Positions 28,250-41,255 of a stretch of DNA of 64,000 nt are shown piece by piece. Location of the stretch: assembly GCA_964016885.1 (NCBI GenBank), contig OZ024742.1, positions 170,810,001 through 170,874,000 of the forward strand. The letters run 5' to 3'. Under the pieces are notes generated by a model, which was not told the DNA's origin, made no database searches, and worked only from the letters and a program-made list of their open reading frames with translations. The position numbers and the translations under genes are program-made. Each line of letters begins with the position of its first letter. Positions within the stretch are counted from its first letter, which is position 1. Source of the DNA: Eledone cirrhosa. Lineage: Eukaryota.

Positions 28250-31200
28250 TACATATTTTTACTATTCCATTAATGGATTGTACTTGTAATTTCCTAACTA
28301 GTTGTGTTCTTTCTGTTCCTGTGAAGCCTAGCTTCTCAAGATTTGTATTGAGGCAGTTACGAACATACCCCAGTGCCCCAAAAACGGCACAGGCATAAAT
28401 CTGAAGGTGTAATCAGGGTGGAGTATCTGCAGATTTCTCATCAGTTCTGCATAAATATTCTCCTTTTCGCTAATCTTTGATATTATATTGGCATCTGCTG
28501 GGCAGCTAATTTCCACTACTGTGCATGCTTTTTTCTCCCTGTCCCATATCATAATATCAGGTCTGTTATGCCTGCATTTTATTGGGGTTTTTACTAGAAC
28601 ATTCCACCAGTACTCTTTCATATTATGTACATGGATGTCTTCCACATTGTTGTAGCTTTTAATGTGTTTATTATCGGGACTATCTTTTCTACGGATTGCA
28701 TTGTACAGTGTTTTGGCCACTACATCATGCCTCATAGGTAGATAGTACCGCGATGACATCTTTGGACAGCTGCTGATGGCATGGGTGACATCTTCGATGT
28801 TAATTCTGCAGAGTCTGCACTTGTTATCACATCTAGCTGTTTTGCCTGCATCCCTATCTCTTTTGTGAATCAGGTATTTCGTGTTTATTTCCTGTTCTTG
28901 GTTTGCAAAAGCGTATCCTTCAAAGTGGGAGCCAATATAGCGATTGTTGGTCCAAGACAGACTACTTTCCTTATCTATATTACTCTCACTCTGGAGCTTC
29001 CTGGCAACATATCCATGCATGATTTTTTGCTGATAGGCATGCAGTTTTTCATCCATGGATTCACTGCGATACTGCTGAGCGAGTTCCCTGGGTGTGAGGT
29101 TTTGATTATCAAAAAGGGAATATCTATCGAGGAGTTCCTTCCCAACTCTCATGATCTTATCTGTTTCATGCAGATAGACTTGCTCGAGAGACAGGCTCCT
29201 ACGCTTCGAGGTTCGTAGATGTCGGAGAGATATGATGCGACATTCAAATGTTGTCTGGACTGATGTTAGACCTCTGCCTCCCTGCTTACGTTTCAAGTAA
29301 AGGCAGTCTATGTCACTGTTGATGTGGAAGTTTCCGGTGTTGTTCAGTATTTTTCGAGTTCCAACATCAACTGCTCGCAATTCGTCTATCGTCCAATTGA
29401 GTATTCCAAACGTTGGTGTTAGGACAGGCACAGCAAACACATTGTGAGCCACTGTTTTGTTTTGCGCAGAGAGTTCCGATGACCAGATCTTTCTTAATCG
29501 GGTATAGTATTCCCTGGTTACGCGTTCTTTATTACAGATACCATTATAGGATATGTTCTCATCTATCCCCAGGTATCTGTAGCAGTCCTCATCAGATATC
29601 GGTGAAACAGTTAGACCATTGATGACAATGTTGCTAGATTGGGTTGTTGTTTTTCCCCGCTTTACAGTCATGTATGAGCATTTATCTTGGCCAAACTCGA
29701 TTCCTATATCCTTTGAGAACGTTGTAACCAGTCAAGATTTTTCTTCATCCCATCCATGTTCTTGGCATAGAGTTTCAGATCGTCCACAAAGAAGTTATGG
29801 GTTAGGTTCGTATTTCTGTCCTCCTGTGAGCCAATGATGTATCCCTCACATTTCTTGAGCAGAAAGGACAAGGGGTTTAATGACAAGATGAACAATATCA
29901 CAGAGAGACTGTCCCCCTGAAATATACCCCTGCAATATTTTATTTTATCAGTGAAAATAGAGTCCTCCCTCTCTGTCTTTAACCTTAGGATAGTAGCCCA
30001 AGAAGAAGACAGCCACTCTATGGCTCTGACAATAATGTCTGGGACTTTAGCAAGTTGGAGGGCCTCTATAATCCAAGAGTGGGGAACAGAATCAAAAGCT
30101 TTCTTGTAGTCCAGCCAGACTGTAGTCATATTCCTCCTAAGTTGTCGCACCTCCGACATCGTAGTTTTGTTGATTAGGAGTTGTTCAGCACATCCCAAAA
30201 CCCTTTTCTTTCCAGCTGCTTGTTCATCTGTGATGATGTTATTATTTTCACAGTGATCTTGGAGGAATAGGTTGAGGCAGGCTGTATACATCTTATACAT
30301 CAGGTTCTGGCATGCAATGGGTTGGTAATTTTTTGCCAAGTGGGTGTCTTTGTTCTTGGGGACCAGTAACGTTTGTGCTAATGTCAACCATTCTGGTATA
30401 AGTGTATCTCCCTTAAGAACTTGCTGGTAGAGGTCAGTAAGATACCCTCGATAGAATATTAGTTTTTTGTACCAGTAGCCGACAATCATGTCTCTTCCTG
30501 GTGTTTTCTTATCTTGGAGTTTTCCTATCACAGTCTCAAGGGTACCCTCACTTATTTCGTATGTTTTTGTTGAGCAATAGTTCTTTCGAATTTCTCTTAG
30601 CCACACTGCATCTTGGTTGAAATTCTTCTTTTCATCCCATATTTTTCTCCAAAAGGAATCTATGTCTTTCTGGGATGGAGCCTCAGTGACACTTATCATT
30701 TTGCCCTTCATATCTCTATAGACTGATGTTTGGTTTCGTCTGAATATTTTATTAAGCATTTTTCTCTCATCTACCTTCTTCAGGTATCGGCGTTTTTAGC
30801 TAACAGCTCTCAATTCTTGTTTGAGGGTGATCAGCTTATATTGGAGAGGTCTGGTTCTACTATTACCAAACATCGTCTCTATTTTATTTTTCACTCTTTG
30901 TTGGTGAGGAGTGAGGTTTTTTTGTGTTTGTTTGCATGTAAGGAGCATTATCACATGTCCTATGTTTATTCGTAGGTCAGCACTCTTTTTTTCTATTTTA
31001 GTTATATATGATGGTATTTTTGGTGGTGTTTTGTTCTTGTTAATATCTCTGCTATCACCAAGATAATGCTTCACTGTCATTGCTAAGGCATATAAACAGG
31101 CGTTGATTTGCCAAAATGTTGGGGTTTTTATCCGTCGTAAATATTCATCCCTATTTCGTCAATAACACGTAGTATTTCATTATTTGGTTTTTTATTCACC

Positions 31201-32010
31201 ATTGTCATTTTTACACGTTCAGCCAGAGAGATATTTATACATGAGTTAATTTCTCTCTGGAAGATTTCGTTGGGGGAAATTTTCAATTGTTTATACTTTT
31301 GATTATCATTATCGATACTATTTTGGACAACAGTCGAGGTAGACTCGGATGGTATACGTGGTGTCACATTTATTCGATTATTATTATTATTTCTTCGACT
31401 ATTATTATTATCGATAGTGTTTTCCTTAGCATTCGAGGTAGACTTAGATGGTACAGGCATAGTTGTTTCAAGGCGCTGTTCGACCTGGCTGCTAGGAAGT
31501 CTAGTAGCATGGCGATCTGTAGCACGTGTTGTTGATTCCATGTTTGTTGTGGGGGACTTACAATTAATAATATTTATCTTATTTTTACGTTCAACAAACG
31601 TCGCTTGTTGTCGTAATTGTTTCGCTGTGAAATAATTTAGCTCTGGCTGCATTTCGTCCCAGTGTAGCTTCATTCTATTCATATAGCCAACGGAGGGATT
31701 TTTTGCCATTTTATAACAATTAAATAAATCATTATTAAGTTCGCAACTCCAAGAGAAATGCGATTTATAATTTCGGTTTCTTCTGTAGCTACAACTAAAT
31801 AAAGTTTGATTACCTTCTTTGTTATTTGTCTTCGATACTTCCTTAATTTTCTTGTTGATGTTGTGTTCAGCCATGCTGTTTGTAGCAAATCCTTGTAAAA
31901 TGAATTATGTATTTAGTCGGATATCTCTACGAATTCGAATAAAAGGTGTCTTCAGAAGGGATAGTTAGAAGAATAACCAGTTATTCAACCTGGCTGTAGT
32001 TGTGGCATTA
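28250..32010 (-). mobile_element. Near full-length R4/Dong-like non-LTR retrotransposon (single ORF, RT + RLE)
   Basis: ORF pieces 31128-31874, 30796-31080, 29704-30759, 28328-29671: [66 protein letters not shown]. Confidence 0.92.
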
Positions 32011-32071
32011 CTGTCGAAGTATGTATAAATGTATGTATGTATGAATGTATGTATGTATGCATGTGCGCGTG

Positions 32072-32135
<64 letters not shown>

Positions 32136-32449
32136 CTATGTATATGTATATGTGTATGTATATGTACATATATAAGTAATATTTAGAAAATGTTGAGTTT
32201 GTAAGGGGGAGAAGAAAAGCGCGTGTACTTTTATAGGGATTATTGGACTCGTTCTTCTGATCGTAGTTTGTATAATCCTCCTTCTTAGGTGTGATTTAAT
32301 CCCTTTCTCATCGAGATTAAAATTCGTATAAGAAGTTATGGAAAACAAGTAAAAGAACAATTAACTCGCGTTGCTTTTCTCAGCCGTATAAAATACTTGG
32401 ACACACAACTAAGGCAATTGGTTCAGATTGCTGTTCCACGGTTTAAGTA

Positions 32450-32513
<64 letters not shown>

Positions 32514-32516
<3 letters not shown>

Positions 32517-32715
32517 AACCAGTAAGACCTCGACGGCTGAGCTCAAGCCGTTTCCACGGCTAAATCTGGACTAAAATTAGTCCAGATTTAGCCGTCGAAA
32601 TGGCTTGAGCTCAGCCGTCGGGGTCTTACTGGTTCCTATTACCCACTCTACTACCCTAAGTATTGAGTACTTTGGTGCGTTATGGTCCACCTGGTTCCTT
32701 ACCACATTTCCTTCG

Positions 32716-32718
<3 letters not shown>
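32514..32718 (+). mobile_element. Fold-back mini-element: PLE 3' end with ~60-bp inverted head, in (TA)n
   Basis: 32514-32574 is the reverse complement of 32577-32638; tail matches 37546-37625. Confidence 0.85.
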
Positions 32719-32787
<69 letters not shown>

Positions 32788-32943
32788 ATACTTCGGTAGG
32801 GTGATATTGTTGTAATAATATTGCCAGAAATAATAACAGAAAACACCCACTGTTTGTAAAAGGTAAACAGGAATAACAACACAATCAGTACAGTATATGG
32901 AAGGAATATAATAGGTTAACGCTTGAAATAGCAGGAAGAGGGT

Positions 32944-32974
32944 CTTAACGTTTCGGACGCTAGTCCTTCACCAG
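32944..32974 (-). ncRNA. Degenerate minimal hammerhead-like motif
   Basis: CTGGTGA-A-GGAC-TAGC-GTCC-GAAACGTTAAG (core has A>G). Confidence 0.4.
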
Positions 32975-33000
32975 GAGAAAGAATGAGAAAATATATGTAG

Positions 33001-33290
33001 ATAGGAAAAGAGTCTGCACCCCGACGGTTGAGCTCCGGCAGTTTCGACAGCTACATTCGAACTAAGCCAGTAGTATTAGAACGGCGGGAATGTACTTATC
33101 AAGGGGTACAATCCATATATGGGCATGCAATTAAAAAAATGCAGAAATATTGATATTTCTAATACTGCTGGCTTAGTTCGGATCTAGCTGTCGAAACGGC
33201 CGGAGCTCTGCCGTCGGGGTCCTAACTCTTTCCCTATTAACCACTCTACTATACTAAGTATCTAGTACTCTGGTGCGTTATGGTCCATTT
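33001..33290. mobile_element. Fold-back PLE terminus (sister subfamily) with TTGATAA-core hammerhead on minus arm (33018-33107)
   Basis: Minus strand ACCCC-TTGATAA-G...GCTGTC-GAAAC...GTC-GGGGT; plus arm from 33157 repeats the 3' half. Confidence 0.75.
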
Positions 33291-33531
33291 TAGAATTTGG
33301 AAATATTTAATTTATAATATTAATGTGAAGACTCCAATATTATATTTTCTCTGATGAGGACATCCGAAATATGTATAATAAAATGTAATTGATCAAAAGA
33401 ACATCTATTTTATTAATACTTATATTTTAATATTAATAACTCCTGAAAATAATTTTTTCCGTTGAGTGCTTCCAATCTACTGTAAAACTCATTCTTTGAC
33501 ATAATCATCGAATATTGTTTAACAACTTAAT

Positions 33532-33563
<32 letters not shown>

Positions 33564-33745
33564 TAGAGTACGGGGTTAACAGAACAGGGGTGTGGTGATC
33601 ATATTATGGTCCGTCGGTTGTGGAAACAACCCCACGCGTCGGCCGGCCTCTTGCATCATGAAAAGAAAATCTTTTTCGGGGAAATAATTGGATTTATAAA
33701 ATTTAAAGATTTATTAGGAACTTTAAATGTTTATTTTAGGTTTTG

Positions 33746-33803
33746 CCGTCTGAAGAGCTCAGGCTATCTAAACTGATTGTCCTCAGTGAAATATGTATAA
33801 CGG
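33746..33803 (+). ncRNA. Type I hammerhead motif
   Basis: CCGT-CTGAAGA-GCTCAGG...CCTCAGT-GAAATATGTATA-ACGG; AUA triplet. Confidence 0.65.
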
Positions 33804-33975
33804 AGTTTTAAATAAACTTCAGTTAACTGAATATGGCGACCGATTTTTATCAATATATATATTTAATGAATGAAACAGTTCTAGTCCTGTAGAATCTCAT
33901 CTATATTAAAACTATATAAATATATATATATATGTGTGTGTGTATGTGTGTGTGTATATATTTATATATATATAT

Positions 33976-34042
<67 letters not shown>

Positions 34043-34299
34043 ACAAAGAAGGTGTAGTAAGATACAAGATGGACCATAACGCACCAGAGTACTCGATACT
34101 TGGGATAGTAGAGTGGTTAATAGGAAAAGAGTCAGGACCCCGACGGCTGAGCTCCGACCGTTTCAACAGCTAGATCCGAACTAAGCTAGCAGTATTAGAA
34201 ATATCAATATTTCTGCTTTTTTTGTTTTGTTTTAACTACATGCCCATATATGGATTGTACCCCTTGATAAGTTCAGCTAGATTCCCGCCGTTCTAATAC
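34043..34299 (-). mobile_element. Second copy of the 33001 fold-back PLE terminus
   Basis: Same inversion junction GCAGAAATATTGATAT|TTCTAATACTGCT; ACCCCTTGATAAG at 34259-34271. Confidence 0.75.
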
Positions 34300-34387
34300 A
34301 AACACACCTATATATATGTGTGTGTGTATATATATATACACACACATACATACACACACATACACAATACAGACACACACACACAAA

Positions 34388-34503
<116 letters not shown>

Positions 34504-34523
34504 CATATATAGGAACCAGTAAG

Positions 34524-34617
34524 ACCCCGACAGCTGAGCTCAAGCCGTTTCGACGGCTAATTCTGGACTAAATGAAAATTTATCCTGGTATTTAAATAGC
34601 CGATCTTCTCAAGGGGT
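34524..34617 (-). ncRNA. Type I hammerhead, U3-A8 core variant (mirror copy)
   Basis: Reverse complement of 37438-37531. Confidence 0.7.
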
Positions 34618-37437
34618 AATTCCATATATGGTCAAAGTGATTGTCAAAAATCAGTAGTAAATCTGTGGTTGCAAATTAGTAGGGGAGATGGTGGCTAAAC
34701 CTGCCAGTAGGAGAAAGAGGGGAGGGGGTGGAGTAGCCCCAATCAAGCGTTTGTGGTGCCAGCTACAGCTGGGCATGAGGTCAAAGAAGATACAGGGGAG
34801 GGGGAGGAAGTCGGAACGGTAGGTAGAACAATGGGGGTTAGAAATATATAGGAAAGAAAAAATACTGAGAGTGAAGAAAAGCAAATAAGTGTAAAGAAAA
34901 ACAAATGAGTGTAAAGAAAAAAGTAAAGTAAATTAAATTCTACGACCTAGGTCTCTAGCTATTGTTAGTCTAGAATAAATAAATAAATAAAGAAAGAAAG
35001 AAGTAAAGAAAGAAATAAAGAAATAACGAAATAAGTAAAAGAACTCGGTGGGACGGAATAGGCGAGGACCCTTTTAAGAGGTATAAGTACGTAAATGATA
35101 CGGTGACGGGTCAACAAAAGGGGCCAAAATACTAAAGAGACTACCACGAAATAGACAATAAAGGTTTCCATCCCGGGCACAATTCCAGCAACCACCCAGT
35201 GCAGCAAAGTGAACTAATACGAGATAATAATTCTGAGTCCCGAGAAAAATATATACTAATGCTAACTCTAAAAGATCTAAAACAAGCTACATGAAAGTTC
35301 GTACGAAGTAAAGGTAGAATACGGAAGAATAAATTCAAAATCCACCCCGCCCAAAAGAAAAGCGAAGAAAGAAATACTGAAACGAAAAAATAAGGCATAA
35401 GTGCCACTAAGAAATATAGAGGGCACAGAGAATAGTGGGAGCGGTCGGAAAAAGGGCACAAGTATCCGGGGTCTAAACCAACTGCTATAAAGGGCGGAGT
35501 CCGCCAAATCTATCCTAGACTAGGGGAGGGGGTGGGGGTACTAAGGCTACAAGGGGCCAAAGGGCAGCCTCGGGTGGGCGAGAAAAGACGCCGACAAAGG
35601 AGAAGAGCTGGGGTAGAAGGACTAAGGAGAGAGGGGGGAAGGAAGGAAATAAAGGAAGCGATAAAAGAATACAAAGAAGATCTTACGTCTCCCTTGGCAA
35701 GCAGGGGTTACCCATTGCAAAATCGGCAAGTGGGGTGTTATAGCCCTAGTCTACCCCCCCGGGTCATTATGGGGTTTGAGGGCGAGGTAAGTCCTACGCA
35801 ATCTATGTTTACATGCAGTAACCAGTTCATCTTTCTTGTTTAGGAGTTGGTCCGTCGAAAACAGCATTTGTAAAGTTTCCTCCGAGCATAAATTGCACGG
35901 ACGGCGTCCTCCCGTGTAAGAATTGGCTCTGGACAGTAATCTCCAAGTGAGATCATAGGTGATGTTGTTGTCCTTGAGGTCCCATATGTGGCCCGAAAGT
36001 GTAGTGGCGTGACGCCGGGCCACATATGGGCGTCACGCCACTACACTTTCGGGCCACATATGGGACCTCAAGGACAACAACATCACCTATGATCTCACTT
36101 GGAGATTACTGTCCAGAGCCAATTCTTACACGGGAGGACGCCGTCCGTGCAATTTATGCTCGGAGGAAACTTTACAAATGTTGTTTTCGACGGACCAACT
36201 CCTAAACAAGAAAGATGAACTGGTTACTGCATGTAAACATAGATTGCGTAGGACTTACCTCGCCCTCAAACCCCATAATGACCCGGGGGGGGGGGGGTTA
36301 GACTAGGGCTATAACACCCCACTTGCCGATTTTGCAATGGGTAACCCCTGCTTGCCAAGGGAGACGTAAGATCTTCTTTGTATTCTTTTATCGCTTCCTT
36401 TATTTCCTTCCTTCCCCCCTCTCTCCTTAGTCCTTCTACCCCAGCTCTTCTCCTTTGTCGGCGTCTTTTCTCGCCCACCCGAGGCTGCCCTTTGGCCCCT
36501 TGTAGCCTTAGTACCCCCACCCCCTCCCCTAGTCTAGGATAGATTTGGCGGACTCCGCCCTTTATAGCAGTTGGTTTAGACCCCGGATACTTGTGCCCTT
36601 TTTCCGACCGCTCCCACTATTCTCTGTGCCCTCTATATTTCTTAGTGGCACTTATGCCTTATTTTTTCGTTTCAGTATTTCTTTCTTCGCTTTTCTTTTG
36701 GGCGGGGTGGATTTTGAATTTATTCTTCCGTATTCTACCTTTACTTCGTACGAACTTTCATGTAGCTTGTTTTAGATCTTTTAGAGTTAGCATTAGTATA
36801 TATTTTTCTCGGGACTCAGAATTATTATCTCGTATTAGTTCACTTTGCTGCACTGGGTGGTTGCTGGAATTGTGCCCGGGATGGAAACCTTTATTGTCTA
36901 TTTCGTGGTAGTCTCTTTAGTATTTTGGCCTCTTTTGTTGACCCGTCACCGTATCATTTACGTACTTATACCTCTTAAAAGGGTCCTCGCCTATTCCGTC
37001 CCACCGAGTTCTTTTACTTATTTCGTTATTTCTTTATTTCTTTCTTTACTTCTTTCTTTCTTTATTTATTTATTTATTCTAGACTAACAATAGCTAGAGA
37101 CCTAGGTCGTAGAATTTAATTTACTTTACTTTTTTCTTTACACTCATTTGTTTTTCTTTACACTTATTTGCCTTTCTTCACTCTCAGTATTTTTCTTTCC
37201 TATATATTTCTACCCCCCATTGTTCTACCTACCGTTCCGACTTCCTCCCCCCCCCTCCCCTGTATCTTCTTTGAGCTCATGCCCAGCTGTAGCTGGCACC
37301 ACAAACGCTTGATTGGGGCTACTCCACCCCCTCCCCTCTTTCTCCTACTGGCAGGTTTAGCCACCATCTCCCCTACTAATTTGCAACCACAGATTTACTA
37401 CTGATTTTTGACAATCACTTTGACCATATATGGAATT

Positions 37438-37531
37438 ACCCCTTGAGAAGATCGGCTATTTAAATACCAGGATAAATTTTCATTTAGTCCAGAATTAGCC
37501 GTCGAAACGGCTTGAGCTCAGCTGTCGGGGT
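37438..37531 (+). ncRNA. Type I hammerhead, U3-A8 core variant
   Basis: ACCCC-TTGAGAA-GA(T)CGGCTA...TAGCCGTC-GAA-ACGGCT-TGAGCTC-AGCTGT-C|GGGGT. Confidence 0.72.
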
Positions 37532-37625
37532 CTTACTGGTTCCTATTACCCACTCTACTACCTCAAGTATTGAGTACTTTGGTGCGTTATGGTCCACCTG
37601 GTTCCTTACCACATTTCCTTCGTTA

Positions 37626-38030
<405 letters not shown>

Positions 38031-38423
38031 TGTATAATACATTCGTACACACACTCAACATAGAAGTTCGTATCCCCCTTCATATCTACAGGACAATATA
38101 TGAGATTCATATAATAATAAGACTAACAATAGAAAAATAACATAAATATAAAATCAAAGTCGGCAAAATTCTGGCAATTCTCCTGATAAGAAATTCACTG
38201 TAAACTGGATGCTATTGTGGTTTCATATATTTCCTTCTATTCTCTTTTATTATTCGCTCTGCTCATATTCCCTACGGTAAACATATTCATTCCATTGTTT
38301 TAGTATTGCTAAACCGCTGGCTAAAGTAGGGAAAGAAATGTACTTTTTCTACACTCATAAGAAAAAAACAAACGAATATATGTTTGCACATGTCCATATA
38401 AGAAGCGGTTTATGTGAGCTTGT

Positions 38424-38523
<100 letters not shown>

Positions 38524-38714
38524 AATATTTATTTTTATATACATATACGTATTTTATTAAAAAATTACGTGGGAGAAAACGGAAGAGAAAACTCGGAAGA
38601 CACAAACACAAGGAAAGTTCTCGCTTATCGACTGTCTTCTGTGGATCATTATAGTTTCGAATGCTTTAAAGACAAGACTGTTCACCACACTGTATCAATA
38701 ACTATTCTCGGATA

Positions 38715-38745
<31 letters not shown>

Positions 38746-38883
38746 CTATGTGATCTACCCTTCATGGTAGGGTCCGTACCGAAGATAGAACTCAATGTAA
38801 TCTGATAGAGAATAATGCAGTCGAATCCATAGAAAGGTTCCGTATTCCGCGGAGTTAATTCCATAGATACGGAGTCTGATATC

Positions 38884-39166
38884 CGATATTAATTTAACAA
38901 TGAAAATAATAACAACAAAGTCAAGTTATTTTACCTATTCATATCATTGTTTTATGATCGTTTCGGAGGGTTGATCATATTGACATCGAAGAAAGACGGT
39001 CTGATCGAACTTATATAAGAAGTCTGATAGTATATAGTTATATAACTGCTATAGATCAGTCTATATGTCAATATGATCAACCCTCCGAAACGATCGTAAA
39101 ACAATGATATGAATAGGTAAAATAACTTGACTTTGTTGTTATTATTGTCATTGTTAAATTAATATC

Positions 39167-39167
<1 letters not shown>
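38884..39167. repeat. Fold-back element with ~103-bp arms containing a hammerhead-like 3' half
   Basis: 38884-38986 vs 39065-39167; CCGAAACGATCGTA (palindromic ACGATCGT). Confidence 0.8.
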
Positions 39168-39228
<61 letters not shown>

Positions 39229-39231
<3 letters not shown>

Positions 39232-39678
39232 ATTAAATAAATGGAAACTATATTTATAAAACCATATTTATTTCATTATATATATTTCAGGGATATCATA
39301 TTAAAAATATGTTATGCCTTCTTCAGACAAAATACAATATAAACAGTCTTATAAATAGATAGATTCGACATACCTTTCAACTTCGACTTCTATTTGAAAA
39401 GTTGATTTGGTAGTCTTTTCAAATAGAAGTCGAAGTTGAAAGGTATGTCGAATCTATCTATTTATAAGACTGTTTATATTGTATTTTGTCTGAAGAAGGC
39501 ATAACATATTTTTAATATGATATCCCTGAAATATATATAATGAAATAAATATGGTTTTATAAATATAGTTTCCATTTATTTAATATCGTAAATATACTCC
39601 AAATACTTGTTGAGTGCTTTTATATCAGTTATAAATATTTACTCGTTGTTAACCCAACAATTTAAATAAAACTTTGCA
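39229..39678. mobile_element. Fold-back mini-element (173-bp arms, 13-nt loop, ~90-bp tail) with HHR-like motif in each arm
   Basis: 39229-39401 vs 39415-39587; TATTTTGT-CTGAAGA-AGG...CCT-GAAATATATATA-ATGAAATA at 39482-39547; related 3' end at 43125-43275. Confidence 0.8.
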
Positions 39679-40172
39679 TATATATATATATATATATATA
39701 TATACAAATATAAATTAGTGAGAATCGTATTTCAGCACAAGAATTAACGAAAATCAACATCCGATATGTGTGGCAAGCGCTCGATGATTCATGTGAACCA
39801 GAACTACAACATACGTTAAGGGCCAAACACACTGAGATGATGGTTAAACATATCATCCGCACAGCCAAAACAAACGACCAAGTAATTCGGGTCAAACAAT
39901 AAAAATATATGTGTTGATAATTTAACCGGACCCTGGACTGATGGTAAAATCCAGTATTGGTTTCTGCGACTCAAAAATCAGGTACTGTCCGCCTCCATAA
40001 AGAATGTCTGGCTTCAGGTAAGATGATGAACAAGGAAGTCGTGTTATCAACGAGTTTTGTTCTAGGATGCTATAGATAAGCGTGTCTATTACTGACCCCA
40101 CGTGGAGTTCAGCAAGGGAGGCAACACCTCTATTTTGCGAATGATTCAGTTGTGTATAATATTGCGAGAATG

Positions 40173-40261
<89 letters not shown>

Positions 40262-40280
40262 CATACATATATATATATAT

Positions 40281-40447
<167 letters not shown>

Positions 40448-40551
40448 TGCAGAATATATAAGAATATATATATATATATATATATCCATACATATGCGAA
40501 TTTACAAACACAAGGAAAAAGTGCTCAACATCAAATATACATTATTATTAT

Positions 40552-40672
40552 AGTCTGAGTTCGAATCCCGACGAGGTAAACTTTGCCTTTCATCCTTACG
40601 GGGTCGATAAAATAAAGTACCAGTAATACACTGAGTAATTGCTGGCCTTGTGCCAAAAAGTAGAAACAATTA
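40552..40672 (+). mobile_element. SINE family A, 5'-truncated
   Basis: GAGTTCGAATCCC...GTAGAAACAATTATT. Confidence 0.9.
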
Positions 40673-40689
40673 TTATATTATTACTGTAT

Positions 40690-41255
40690 TAGCGGAATAC
40701 AAGCGGCCAAATAGGGGTTGCTCAGAATTGTCTTTAGTGCAACGTTACTTGATAGGCGGTGGATTGGCAGTATCGGTAGAGGGTCGGACGCCATGCTTTC
40801 CAGCATAGTTACGTCCCTTTACGATCTGAGTTCAAATCCCGCCGAGGTTGACTTTGCCTTTCATCCTTACGGGGTCGATAAAATAAAGTACCAGTAATGC
40901 ACTGGGTAATTGCTGGCCTTGTGCCAAAAGTAGAAACAGTTACTTGATAGAATACTTGGAGATGAGCTCGGAGTTCAGAGAGTCACTCCAGGTAGAGCCG
41001 CTACTTCACCGAATTGAGAGATATAACACGTGGTCAGAACGTAAAAGGAACGAATCGCTGGACAGATATTACGAGAAAAACCGACCGCTAGAAAATCCGA
41101 GGGTAGACTCCGTGCAAGGTGGTTGGATAACATCCGTGAACTCGGCTGGTCTTGCTTTGAAAATCACCCGGATCAATTCGAGACGGGTGGCTTTGACAGA
41201 ATACGCTGGAAGGCAGTTTGAAGACCCTACCCCACGACTCTCCCAGGTATAAGAG
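40690..41255 (+). mobile_element. Decayed RTE-like LINE 3' fragment
   Basis: RIQAA, TLLDR, SSEFRESLQVEPLLHRIER, RPLENPR, GWITS resemble the RTE ORF C-terminus. Confidence 0.55.
40755..40938 (+). mobile_element. Full-length SINE family A with 11-12-bp TSD
   Basis: GTTACTTGATA(G) at 40744-40755 and 40939-40950; intact A and B boxes. Confidence 0.93.

Larger units (their letters stand above)
34510..37625. mobile_element. 3-kb fold-back of a PLE 3' end (GIY-YIG C-terminus + 3' UTR + HHR)
   Basis: Arms 34510-36016 and 36029-37545 are near-perfect reverse complements; TTLSGHIWDLKDNN..WRLLSRANSY..CNLC..LLNKKDEL...CKH in both arms; flanked by (TA)n. Confidence 0.92.

Noticed and set aside
31925-31960. 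Hammerhead at the 5' end of the R4-like element (CTGAAGA on minus strand)
   Set aside because: No stem II pairing or properly placed GAAA
35277-37404. Duplicated short ORFs on both strands
   Set aside because: Products of the palindromic 3' UTR; only the GIY-YIG fragment near the apex is credible coding sequence
40755-40850. tRNA genes
   Set aside because: A and B boxes belong to SINE heads followed by SINE core and tail; no full cloverleaf seen
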